Source: a virus (lineage: Duplodnaviria > Caudoviricetes). From it: a stretch of DNA of 34,536 nt. Location of the stretch: the IMG/VR virus record IMGVR_UViG_3300030372_001385, positions 1-34,536 of that record; one strand, given 5' to 3'. The position numbers were made by a program, and so were the translations under genes. The notes under the pieces are model-generated. The model made no database searches. It was not told where the DNA came from and was given only the letters and a program-made list of their open reading frames with translations. How positions within the stretch are numbered: position 1 is the stretch's first letter; each line of letters begins with the position of its first letter. Of the stretch, positions 6,705 through 15,587 are shown one piece after another.

Positions 6705-9548
6705 TCATTCAGTCATACTCGCCATTGCAACTATCTCGGATAAATCGCCTTCTGTACTCCATTGAATTGGTTGGTCATCTTTTGTAAGAAATACTAATAG
6801 GGTTCTACAATTAAAATGTAATGGTGGTGTTAATTCATTTAAAGTTGCTTCATCTTCAGCTTTAATAGTTGGTTCTAATTCTGCAACTAATTCGCAAATA
6901 TCGGATGTTCTTTCATCTAATACAGCAGATAATTGATATCCAACCACAAAATCTTTTACATCTGGGTCTTCACCAATACTTCTTCTACCATAATTATAAG
7001 AACCAAGTGTTGCTGTTCTTGTTATTGCTTCTAATCTATATGGAGCTTGAACTGTTCCATTTGGTTTAATTGTGCTTCCATCTGCAACATATGGTGAAAA
7101 TGCTTCTTCAACTGCTAACATTGTTGCAGGAACTCCTTGCCCTGTTGATATTGCATTTAACATAACAGTTGTAACATTGCTATTTACTTGTGCTAAAATT
7201 CTTTTAACATCTAATCGTGACTTGGATTGCAAAAATCGTAGAAAACCTTTGGCAACTAACCCTTGCCCTATTTTTGTCGTTGATAATTTTCTTGGTAATT
7301 CTTTCCTTGATTGTTCTGCACCTAAGTCGTAAGCCATTTGATATCCATCTTTGAAGGCATTTATCAAATCATTTTTATTTTTAATTTCTAAATTATCAAC
7401 TGCATTAAAATCTAATTTGCCTTGATTCATTTTATTTTCTATATATTTTTTTACCCCTTCCATTTGCTTGGTCATAACTGCTTGGGTATTTAATAAAAAT
7501 TCATTCTCGGCTTTATTTAATTGGTCATCTATCTTTGCATAATCAACTCTTTTTTCTGCTTTTGTTTTATAATGTTTATGACCATGACAATATACAATTT
7601 CTTTATTTAATTGTGAATTATCTTTTTTTTTAGATGATAATGGATGTCCTTCTGGAAATAAATCAGTATCATGTCTTCCACTTCTGAATCTTCCTGTTCT
7701 AAGGGCAGCTAAAAAGCTATTTACTCTAGCCATTGCCCATTGTTCACTTGAACCCACACCCGGTCTTACACTTCCGGGATTTGTTCTGAAGGCTCCAACT
7801 CCTCTATCATAAACTACTTTTAATTTACGAAGTGTAACTCTCTTTGTTTTTGTATTGCCATATTCTTCATTATGCTTATCTACTTTATTTTGAAGGGCTT
7901 TATCTCTGTTATAAGTCAAAGCATTATTATCTTGCTTTTCTAATTGAGCAGATTTCATTTTTGCCCATCTTTGTCCAGCATCACCACCCCATAATGCCCA
8001 TGCTATTCTTCCATTACTTGGAAAACCTTTTTCACCGGGTCTAAAACCTTCTGCTTGTTTATCTACTTCATGTCGTGCAAAATAACTATTCATTCTTCTT
8101 ACAGTTGTTGGTGATAAATTTTCTCTATTCTTTAATTGATTAGCTCTTGTAACTCCAATTATTGTTCCACCTCTACCAAATTCAGCTCTCCATTTTAATC
8201 CTTTTTCTGCTTCTGCTTTCATGCCTTCATTCGGTCTTAAATCTATTTCTGCATAACTATTTTCTGTAATTTGTTCTATTTCTTCTTCATCTGGAGTTTC
8301 TTCTATTTCTGTTTCTGGTTCATCTGGTTTAATATCTCTTTCTGGGAAATTTAAATTTTTTCTTAATATGTTTTCATCTTCCATTGTTGGGTTTATAACA
8401 CCCTTTTGTACTGCATCAATAAATAATGTATTCAATTGTAATTTTTGGTCATCAGTCATTGGGTTAAATTTAAAATGTGGTAATTCTTCTACATTGGAAT
8501 AATTATAAGCAACCAATCTTCTTATTAATTGCTCACCCATAACTGTATGTTCTATGTCTTGTCTTAATTTTTGTATAACCCATAAGAATACATCAAAATG
8601 TATTTTTGCTTGTGCATATGCACCAGTATCACCATCTGCCATTAATCTATCTGGAATCAATATACTTCTTGCTATAGATTTGTTATAAAAATTTAAAGCT
8701 CTTTCAAAATCATCTGTTGCACTTCTGCCTGATTCTAAAAGTTGTATATCAAATTCTTCCATTCTGTGTGTGATAGAAGTTTTAGCAGTTAAGTTATCTA
8801 ATATATTTCTTAGATTCTGCCTTGCACTTGGGTCATTTGTTTTATATTTTCCAAGTACTGTTGGGTTAGCAAATCTTTCCAAATATATATTCCACATTTT
8901 TATAAGCACATCTTTCGACCAGTAACCCCTATATGCTGGTCTTAGGTCCGATGTGCCATAATGATTGCCAAATTCTTTTTGATAACTAAATATCAGAAAT
9001 TTATTTATTGGATATCTTTTATCTTCACCACTTTCTTGATAAACAACTCCATCTTTTAATAAATTAGTATATTCATCAACAGCAAATTTATAATAATGTG
9101 GTTTTTTTGTTTTTATATTTTTTAAACCAATCTTTCCGTTAAATTGCCCACTTTCAATTGTTTTGTAATTTATTTCTGATACAGAAAAGCCATAATCTAA
9201 TGCAGTTAATATTTCTAAAACATTATCTACAATATTTCCTTGCATTTTGTTAAAACAATATTCTATAAATTCTGCAACTTCTATATCTTGTTCATCATCA
9301 CTTGCTGGTATTATTTGAAAACTTGGAGCAACTGTTGCAAATTTTTTTAATGTTAAACATGCTTTTACTTGGTCATCAACTCGCATTTGGTCATACATAT
9401 ATAACCCTCTGCGACCAATTAATGTATCAGGATTATATGGGACAATATCGCCTTTTAATCCATACATCCCAACATCAGCAGATGCTATTTCATTCATATT
9501 TGGTTTAGTTTGTTCTTGTAATTTTTTTAAATTGTCGAATAAAGCCAT
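6705..9548 (-). CDS. Portal protein (DUF935/Mu gp29-like) fused through two inserted domains to a MuF head morphogenesis domain
   Basis: N-terminal ~400 aa has portal motifs (ALDYGFSVSEI, YGTSDLR, YLERFANP, GAYAQAKIH). C-terminal YQLSAVLDERTS..C and PPLHFNCRT are MuF motifs. Located after terL. Confidence 0.85.
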   Translation of the reverse strand: MALFDNLKKLQEQTKPNMNEIASADVGMYGLKGDIVPYNPDTLIGRRGLYMYDQMRVDDQVKACLTLKKFATVAPSFQIIPASDDEQDIEVAEFIEYCFNKMQGNIVDNVLEILTALDYGFSVSEINYKTIESGQFNGKIGLKNIKTKKPHYYKFAVDEYTNLLKDGVVYQESGEDKRYPINKFLIFSYQKEFGNHYGTSDLRPAYRGYWSKDVLIKMWNIYLERFANPTVLGKYKTNDPSARQNLRNILDNLTAKTSITHRMEEFDIQLLESGRSATDDFERALNFYNKSIARSILIPDRLMADGDTGAYAQAKIHFDVFLWVIQKLRQDIEHTVMGEQLIRRLVAYNYSNVEELPHFKFNPMTDDQKLQLNTLFIDAVQKGVINPTMEDENILRKNLNFPERDIKPDEPETEIEETPDEEEIEQITENSYAEIDLRPNEGMKAEAEKGLKWRAEFGRGGTIIGVTRANQLKNRENLSPTTVRRMNSYFARHEVDKQAEGFRPGEKGFPSNGRIAWALWGGDAGQRWAKMKSAQLEKQDNNALTYNRDKALQNKVDKHNEEYGNTKTKRVTLRKLKVVYDRGVGAFRTNPGSVRPGVGSSEQWAMARVNSFLAALRTGRFRSGRHDTDLFPEGHPLSSKKKDNSQLNKEIVYCHGHKHYKTKAEKRVDYAKIDDQLNKAENEFLLNTQAVMTKQMEGVKKYIENKMNQGKLDFNAVDNLEIKNKNDLINAFKDGYQMAYDLGAEQSRKELPRKLSTTKIGQGLVAKGFLRFLQSKSRLDVKRILAQVNSNVTTVMLNAISTGQGVPATMLAVEEAFSPYVADGSTIKPNGTVQAPYRLEAITRTATLGSYNYGRRSIGEDPDVKDFVVGYQLSAVLDERTSDICELVAELEPTIKAEDEATLNELTPPLHFNCRTLLVFLTKDDQPIQWSTEGDLSEIVAMASMTE

Positions 9549-9588
9549 TTGTTAGATTATATTGTATTTTTTTAAATAATACAATAAT

Positions 9589-9658
9589 AAAAGGTGGCAC
9601 TGGAGGGATATGATGATATATGTTTTGTTTGTGGAGAAACAAAATAAGTGTGCCACCC
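9589..9658 (-). ncRNA. Structured intergenic element (terminator-like, candidate antisense sRNA)
   Basis: Outer stem GGTGGCAC (9593-9600) / GTGCCACC (9650-9657) followed by a T run on the minus strand. Inner 8-bp hairpin (9623-9644) has the minus-strand loop CUCCAC. Confidence 0.55.
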
Positions 9659-9676
9659 TAAATAATTATAGCTTAT

Positions 9677-10552
9677 CTAATTCTTTATTCTATAATCTTT
9701 ATAGATTTTCCTTTCTGAACCTAAATTTATTATCTGTGGTTTGATATAAACTTTTTTACCCGATTTATAAATTCTTAGATGACCTCTTCTTGTATGTTGT
9801 CCGGGTTTCTGTCTATTAGGAAATTTATATCCGCCTTTCTTTGATTTACTTTTAAAGATATTTATATCTAAAATCTTATAAGATACTGGTGGTAATTTAC
9901 CTTTTCTTTGTGCTAATTTTATAAGATTAGAATCTGGTTTAATTTCTTCTACCTTCTGTTCTATTTTTTCATTAGATAATAACCATGTTGTATTTGCTAA
10001 ATGGTTTAGCATGAATCTTTCATCTTTATCTATTTCATCATAGCCAAAATAATTATTATTATATTCTATTTCACCCGGGTTTGGAGTTGTAAATCTTCTA
10101 AAAGGTTTTTCAGTTAAATATTCATGGTCTGAAATTCCAACCGAAAGCCAATAATAATCAGATAAAATCCATCTTGGAGTTAATTTATCAAAATGAAGTC
10201 TTTTCATTCTAATATGATTAAAATCTGGCTCATGAATTATAATCATAAAAAAATCTGTATCGTAAGTTCTATCATCTATATAATGTATAATCCACTTTTT
10301 AAAAGGTATAGCCAATTGCATTCTTCCTAATTTACCTTCTTCTGTGCTTTTTTGTCTTTCTTCCATTATATGATTAAATTCTGTAAATCCCCATTTACCC
10401 AAACTGAATATTGGGATTTTCATAATATCTGTTTTTTCTTTCTGATTGAATGGTCTGCCATTATGAACCATTTTGGCATTACCTTGAGTATCTGCACCGA
10501 AAAAATAAACAGTTTGATTAAATTTATTATTTAGATATTTATCTATTCTCAT
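9677..10552 (-). CDS. Hypothetical protein (moron-like insertion between terL and portal)
   Basis: 291 aa with its own promoter and GAGGTG RBS. Basic C-terminal motif HTRRGHLR..KSGKKVYIKP. Confidence 0.8.
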   Translation of the reverse strand: MRIDKYLNNKFNQTVYFFGADTQGNAKMVHNGRPFNQKEKTDIMKIPIFSLGKWGFTEFNHIMEERQKSTEEGKLGRMQLAIPFKKWIIHYIDDRTYDTDFFMIIIHEPDFNHIRMKRLHFDKLTPRWILSDYYWLSVGISDHEYLTEKPFRRFTTPNPGEIEYNNNYFGYDEIDKDERFMLNHLANTTWLLSNEKIEQKVEEIKPDSNLIKLAQRKGKLPPVSYKILDINIFKSKSKKGGYKFPNRQKPGQHTRRGHLRIYKSGKKVYIKPQIINLGSERKIYKDYRIKN

Positions 10553-10569
10553 TATATCACCTCATAAGG

Positions 10570-10598
10570 ATTATAATGGATTGATATATAAAAGTCAA
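10570..10598 (-). promoter_or_regulatory. Sigma70-type promoter TTGACT-17-TATAAT
   Basis: Near-consensus hexamers with a 17-nt spacer upstream of 10552. Confidence 0.8.
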
Positions 10599-11957
10599 TT
10601 AAAAATATTGTTCAGTTGTTGCTCTATTGCCAAGGGTTTCTGGCTCATCATCAAAATTATTTCCAATTATTCTCTCTATAATTGCATATCTTAAAGCATC
10701 AACTGGGTGGTCAAAACCACTTGTATCATAAGTTTCTATATTTTTTCTATCTATTGGTATTGATTGTAATGTTTCAAAAGTTATTGGGCAATCTTTGGTA
10801 AATAACAATCTTGGCTTTTCTCTATCTTCTGTACTTAATCGCATATGTAATTGTTGTGTTCCTAATATTCGGTCATTGTTTGCTTTGTGCATTACAAGCC
10901 CTGCTGATTCAAATATATCTGCAAGACTATCACCAACATTTTGTTTACCCCACATTGCTGGGTCTGCTGGTGCATAATATGGTCTTATATTGTGTCTTTT
11001 TTCTATATCATTAATTCTTTGTGCAACAATATCTGCACCCATTTGTAATCCCTTATTTGTGCCATCTTTTGTGCCTATCCATTCTTTAAAGACAATTAAA
11101 TCGCCATCACCATTTTCTGCTAACCAAATACAAGCAAATGGAGCAGTAAATCCCCAGTCAAATCCTCGAATAATAATGTCGCTTTCTGTCGGTATATAAC
11201 TATCTATCAAATGATGTTGCCCTAATTCTGGAAAACAAACACCTTCTAATTGTGAAAAATCTCCATATCTCAATGCTTGATACATTTTATTACCCTGTAA
11301 TTTTAATCTTTGTTCATAATTCGGGTCGTTTAATTTTAGATATGGGTTATCATCTAAAGTTGCAGGAATATAAAGTCTTGATAAATTGGTTTCTACATCT
11401 TTTACAATATTATAACCACCATTATTAACAAATCTTTTTCTTACCCAATCAATATTTTTTCCAACAGGCGAACCAGTACATCTTACTCTTGGAAATACTT
11501 TAGGGTTTGTACTTCTGCATCTTGAATGTAGATATAAATACATCTTTTCAGTAAAATGAGTTATTTCATCAAAATAAACACCTGCTGAATATTCTTGCCC
11601 ATCATGTTGATGTATATCATATTCATTTTCCATATGTGAAAAGAAAATCGTACCACCACTTGGAAATCGCCATTGATTACCTTGTGCTTTAAATTCTGCA
11701 CCCAATGGTTTATATATATTAAAACTATAATCAATTAATTGTCTTAATTCTTTGGTTGTTCTTCTAAATACAACTGCCTTTGCATCTCCATGATTCATTT
11801 GTCTACAAGCATCAATCAATAAAACAGATGATTTGCCCGAACCTGCCCCACCCAAATATGCGACTTCGAATATATTGCCAGTCTTTAAAAACTCTAATTG
11901 TTTTTTAGTTGGCTTCCAGATTATATTAGTGTTCTGTATCTTCGGTGATGATTTCAT
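10599..11957 (-). CDS. terL: Terminase large subunit
   Basis: Walker A GGAGSGKS, Walker B VYFDEITHF, RCTGSP, nuclease GFDWG and DHPVDALRY. Confidence 0.95.
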   Translation of the reverse strand: MKSSPKIQNTNIIWKPTKKQLEFLKTGNIFEVAYLGGAGSGKSSVLLIDACRQMNHGDAKAVVFRRTTKELRQLIDYSFNIYKPLGAEFKAQGNQWRFPSGGTIFFSHMENEYDIHQHDGQEYSAGVYFDEITHFTEKMYLYLHSRCRSTNPKVFPRVRCTGSPVGKNIDWVRKRFVNNGGYNIVKDVETNLSRLYIPATLDDNPYLKLNDPNYEQRLKLQGNKMYQALRYGDFSQLEGVCFPELGQHHLIDSYIPTESDIIIRGFDWGFTAPFACIWLAENGDGDLIVFKEWIGTKDGTNKGLQMGADIVAQRINDIEKRHNIRPYYAPADPAMWGKQNVGDSLADIFESAGLVMHKANNDRILGTQQLHMRLSTEDREKPRLLFTKDCPITFETLQSIPIDRKNIETYDTSGFDHPVDALRYAIIERIIGNNFDDEPETLGNRATTEQYF

Positions 11958-12312
11958 CTATACTTGGTTCCTCTGCTTCCATTGTTGGAACTTCAAGTAT
12001 ATTAATGACTCTATTGGTTTGTTCGACTTCTTGTTTCTCTATATAACCTCTGTGCTTACCCTGTGTTCTTAGTAGAAACATTATCGCATTGCAATTACCT
12101 GCATTTACCAGTTCCAATAATTTGCTTTCAGCATAATCTACTATTGACTCTCTTGCATCTTTTAAAGCTATTTCTATATCTTCATTATCTCTCATTCTTC
12201 TATAAAATTGTGTTCTGGACATCTGTGCTGAATTACAAATCTGTGTAACAAAACCACGATATTTAAAAACCAATTCTATTAGCTTTTCATCTGATAATCT
12301 TTTTGTATTCAT
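11926..12312 (-). CDS. Terminase small subunit (probable)
   Basis: HTH-like N-terminus, AESKLLE.V..GN..AIMFLLRT.GK.RGY motif, overlaps the terL start. Confidence 0.7.
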   Translation of the reverse strand: MNTKRLSDEKLIELVFKYRGFVTQICNSAQMSRTQFYRRMRDNEDIEIALKDARESIVDYAESKLLELVNAGNCNAIMFLLRTQGKHRGYIEKQEVEQTNRVINILEVPTMEAEEPSIDEIITEDTEH

Positions 12313-12327
12313 ATATAAACTATAACT

Positions 12328-12825
12328 CTACTTTTTACGATTACCAACATATTCATAAGAATAGGTATATTTGTTTTGTGTTCCGAAACCTGCACCCACT
12401 CTATCTGATTGAGATAAATCGCCTTGATGATTAACTTTTCTACTCTTACTTGTTATAATCCATTTAGAATCTCTTTGTCTTTGCCAAAATAATGCCTTAT
12501 TACTTGATGTATTTATAAATCTATATCCATCATCCTTATATCTTTGTGCAATTCTATTAGCAAATGTATGCCCAATATTTAAACCTTGATAATCGGGTAA
12601 TACAACCAATCTATGCCCTCTCTTAAAATTATTAACAGACCTATGTGGAAAATGTAAAACTGCATAAAATACAACAGGGTTATTTTCAAAGTAACCAATA
12701 TAGCATTTACTTGCATTGTTTACCTTATGATTCATATAGTGATACTTTCTAAATATTTCCCATTCACTTGTACTGCATGAATAGATTTTGAGGTCAATGC
12801 TTGGTCTTTTGTATTCTTTTGGGCA
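12328..12825 (-). CDS. GNAT (Mom-like) acetyltransferase domain, probably the -1 frameshifted continuation of the ABC ATPase
   Basis: Acetyl-CoA motif RLVVLPDYQGLNIG. The frame stays open upstream of the tracked ATG (12735) to the T9 run and encodes CPKEYKRPSIDLKIYSCSTSEWEIFRKYHY. Confidence 0.75.
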   Translation of the reverse strand, partial: CPKEYKRPSIDLKIYSCSTSEWEIFRKYHYMNHKVNNASKCYIGYFENNPVVFYAVLHFPHRSVNNFKRGHRLVVLPDYQGLNIGHTFANRIAQRYKDDGYRFINTSSNKALFWQRQRDSKWIITSKSRKVNHQGDLSQSDRVGAGFGTQNKYTYSYEYVGNRKK

Positions 12826-13424
12826 AAAAAAAACTCTTGTTTCTCAGTATCATAAACCCAATCTGGTTCAAGCCATTCTATTATATCTTTATGACAAGAA
12901 ACAGCTATAAATTTTTTATTTAATTTTCTTACTGCTTTTGATATTGCAAATGATGCAGTCTTGGCAACAACTCTATCTACAACAGAAGTGAATTCATCAA
13001 ATACTATTTGGTCTTTTTCTTCTAATATACATCTGGCTAAATCCATACGCATTTTTTCGCCATTGCTTAATACATTATATGGCTTTAACCATGTCCAAAC
13101 TGTACCCAATCCAACAGATGTAAAAACACCAGTTATTTCTTCTATGGTTTTTTCTTCTGGCATATTATCGATAACTGCCCCATTTGTCCATTTATGATTC
13201 TCAAAATAGAAATTAGGAAAAGCATCTTTAGCTATTGTTGTTTTACCTGTTCCACTTCTACCAACAACAATGCCAACATTCCATTCTTTATCTTCTATAT
13301 TTATATTGCCCTTAAAAGTTTCTTCTATAATGCCTGTTGCATCTAATTCATATGTATCAACAATTGCTTTGGTTCTAAATGTTTTTACAACATCTGATTG
13401 TTTTACAATGTCAAAATTCGGCAT
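12732..13424 (-). CDS. Soluble ABC-type ATPase
   Basis: Walker A GRSGTGKT, signature LSNGEKMR, Walker B IVFDEFTS, H-loop SCH. No membrane partner nearby. Confidence 0.9.
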   Translation of the reverse strand: MPNFDIVKQSDVVKTFRTKAIVDTYELDATGIIEETFKGNINIEDKEWNVGIVVGRSGTGKTTIAKDAFPNFYFENHKWTNGAVIDNMPEEKTIEEITGVFTSVGLGTVWTWLKPYNVLSNGEKMRMDLARCILEEKDQIVFDEFTSVVDRVVAKTASFAISKAVRKLNKKFIAVSCHKDIIEWLEPDWVYDTEKQEFFFAQKNTKDQALTSKSIHAVQVNGKYLESITI

Positions 13425-13936
13425 TTATATCCTAACTCCTCTATCTTCTTAAAGACCTTTTCCTGTTCTCCCTCATTGGCACACTCTACAACGACTTCAT
13501 AAACTGTATCAACACTATCGCTTAAATCTTTTAATTCAGCATCAACACCTTCTATGAGTCTTGCTAACTCTTTATCATCAAAGCCCAATAAATCTATATC
13601 AAAATTCATATCCAATAAATCGCCTATTTCTTTTTTTAATATTGGAAAATCCCATTGTGCATCCATTGCAACTCTATTATCTGCAATTCTATATGCAACA
13701 ACTTTTTCTTTTGATAAATCTTTGGCTATATGAATTGGTACTTTTTTTAATCCAAGTTTCTTGGCGGCTTCAAACCTTGTATGACCAGCAATAATAATAT
13801 TTTGTTTATCTACAACAATTGGTTGTCTAAAGCCATATTCTTTTATACTTTCTGCAACCTTATCTATTGCTTGATTTCTTCTAGGATTTCTACCGTAAGG
13901 TTTTATATTTTGGACATCTTCTAGTTTAATTTCCAT
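13403..13936 (-). CDS. ParB/Srx-like N-terminal domain protein
   Basis: IKPYGRNPR, SIKEYGFRQPIVVD, IIAGHTRFEAA and YRIADNR motifs. Confidence 0.9.
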   Translation of the reverse strand: MEIKLEDVQNIKPYGRNPRRNQAIDKVAESIKEYGFRQPIVVDKQNIIIAGHTRFEAAKKLGLKKVPIHIAKDLSKEKVVAYRIADNRVAMDAQWDFPILKKEIGDLLDMNFDIDLLGFDDKELARLIEGVDAELKDLSDSVDTVYEVVVECANEGEQEKVFKKIEELGYKCRILTL

Positions 13937-13964
13937 GTGTCTCTCCGTGTAACCTATTGTAACA

Positions 13965-14273
13965 CTATTTAAGGATTTTAGTCAAAAAATATTTTAAACA
14001 ATAATAATATGCTTCTTCCCAAAATTGTACTCTGTACTTCTCTTGCATATAATTTATACCTTTAGCATGAAGTTCAGTATGTATTTCTCTGCATAATGGT
14101 ATGCAGGTAAAATGTTTAATATTTGGTTTTTTTCTATTGGCTCCCATGCCTAAAGCATCAAGATGATGTGGTTCTGCTTCTTTACCAGTAACACAACAAG
14201 GTTGTTCACGAATAAAATCTACATAATCTAAACTTCTATCCTTTATTACTTCTTCATTTTCTACATATCGCAT
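13965..14273 (-). CDS. DUF968-like putative HNH-type nuclease
   Basis: FIREQPCCVTG..AEPHH...IPLCREIHTELH. Confidence 0.7.
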   Translation of the reverse strand: MRYVENEEVIKDRSLDYVDFIREQPCCVTGKEAEPHHLDALGMGANRKKPNIKHFTCIPLCREIHTELHAKGINYMQEKYRVQFWEEAYYYCLKYFLTKILK

Positions 14274-14568
14274 ATATCTTTTTTTTCTCCTTCAATAAAT
14301 TTTTTAATCTAATCGCCAATATATCGGCTTTATGTTCTTCACTTTTATATAATCTCAATTCATCAATAATTAAATGTCCAATTTCATGCAATAAGATATC
14401 TAATATATCAATATTCTTATAATCATCTGCCAAATAGATTGTATTTTGTTCTGGCATATATAAGCCACAGAAGTTCTTATCTGTATCTGGCTCTATTTTC
14501 TGTAATTCATCATAAGATAATTTTATAATTTTTACTGATGCTAACATATCTCCTAAATCTAGGTACAT
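14254..14568 (-). CDS. HEXXH zinc metallopeptidase-like protein (ImmA/IrrE-like)
   Basis: GLY......IYL and LLHEIGH, with downstream EEHKAD. Confidence 0.7.
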   Translation of the reverse strand: MYLDLGDMLASVKIIKLSYDELQKIEPDTDKNFCGLYMPEQNTIYLADDYKNIDILDILLHEIGHLIIDELRLYKSEEHKADILAIRLKNLLKEKKKIYAICRK

Positions 14569-14586
14569 ATAAAAATTTTACCACAC

Positions 14587-14654
14587 AAAAAAAGGGAGAA
14601 GTTATATAAATTGCGAAACCTCTCCCATGAGCCAACCCAAGAAGAAAATTGGCT
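14587..14654 (-). terminator. Double hairpin ending in an intrinsic terminator
   Basis: On the minus strand an AGCCAA/TTGGCT hairpin is followed by a 10-bp GGGAGAGGTT/AACTTCTCCC stem (one G-U) and T7. Confidence 0.75.
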
Positions 14655-15587
14655 TTAATGTTCTAATATATTATATGCTTGATATCCACCGGGTACTTTC
14701 TCACTTAATTTTTTAAGAAGTGATTTTACCTTCTTTTGTCTTCTATCTTGTGAATAAAAAGTATTATTTTCTCTTTCTGAATCTTGCCCATCAATACCAT
14801 AAGTAATATATTCGGTCAATCCATTATAAAGATTCCAAATTGTTGGGTCATGAGTATCATAAATTCGTTGTTCTTTTTCAATCAATTCCCAAATTGCTTC
14901 TGCTCTATGGGTTTTTTGTTCATCATCTACCCATTTATCTAGGGCTTTACTTCCAATCATTATAAAATCTTCTTTGCGGATATCTAATCTTGTTGTTGCC
15001 CAATTCTTGTAATTATCCATTCTTTCTTTAGCCATATTTAAACCACTTTCGATTCTTGAATAAATTGTATCTTGCATTGAATCAAAATCGTTGCCCATAT
15101 GTCTTAAAGTAAATTCTGATATTGGCTTAAAACCAACCATACCATTTTTGCATAATAATCGTAATGTATCTATTGTTACCGATACTGGTAATGAACCATC
15201 ATAACTATTTGTTACTCTGATTCTAGGTATCAAAGAATCGCCTTCTGTTTCTGTTATATCAGTTACCGAATCTGTTAAATCATAATGTTGAATAATAGAT
15301 TGCCCATTATTTTTCATCCATGATTTCATACTTACTTTATCCGGTTCATAACCTAATGTATCAATTAAGGCAGTTTCTACCCAATTAAATAAATCTTTAT
15401 TCTGGCATACCTTATAATTTGGTGAATTAACTCCCAATACTTGTTGTGTTTGTTCATTAATAACTGCCAGATAATTTGATGGAATTGCAGATATCTCTGC
15501 ATTAGTTGCAGTTGTTACTTCTGCATCTCTTACCGGGTAATCATTACCCAAAATTCCTATTTCTGTATCATATTCGTGTCTACTCAT
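14655..15587 (-). CDS. DUF932-family protein
   Basis: VLGVNSPNYKVCQN, NSYDGS....V....LRLLCKNG, TIWNLYNGLTEY. GGAGG RBS. Confidence 0.8.
   Translation of the reverse strand: MSRHEYDTEIGILGNDYPVRDAEVTTATNAEISAIPSNYLAVINEQTQQVLGVNSPNYKVCQNKDLFNWVETALIDTLGYEPDKVSMKSWMKNNGQSIIQHYDLTDSVTDITETEGDSLIPRIRVTNSYDGSLPVSVTIDTLRLLCKNGMVGFKPISEFTLRHMGNDFDSMQDTIYSRIESGLNMAKERMDNYKNWATTRLDIRKEDFIMIGSKALDKWVDDEQKTHRAEAIWELIEKEQRIYDTHDPTIWNLYNGLTEYITYGIDGQDSERENNTFYSQDRRQKKVKSLLKKLSEKVPGGYQAYNILEH

Noticed and set aside
5042-9548. Transposable Mu-like phage
   Set aside because: Only the head genes are Mu-like. There is no transposase, and replication uses an initiator with iterons.
12732-13424. ABC transporter
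   Set aside because: No permease or substrate-binding gene. It is linked to a GNAT instead.
13403-13936. Plasmid partition system
   Set aside because: The ParB domain is of the modification-associated type and the adjacent ATPase is ABC-type, not ParA.
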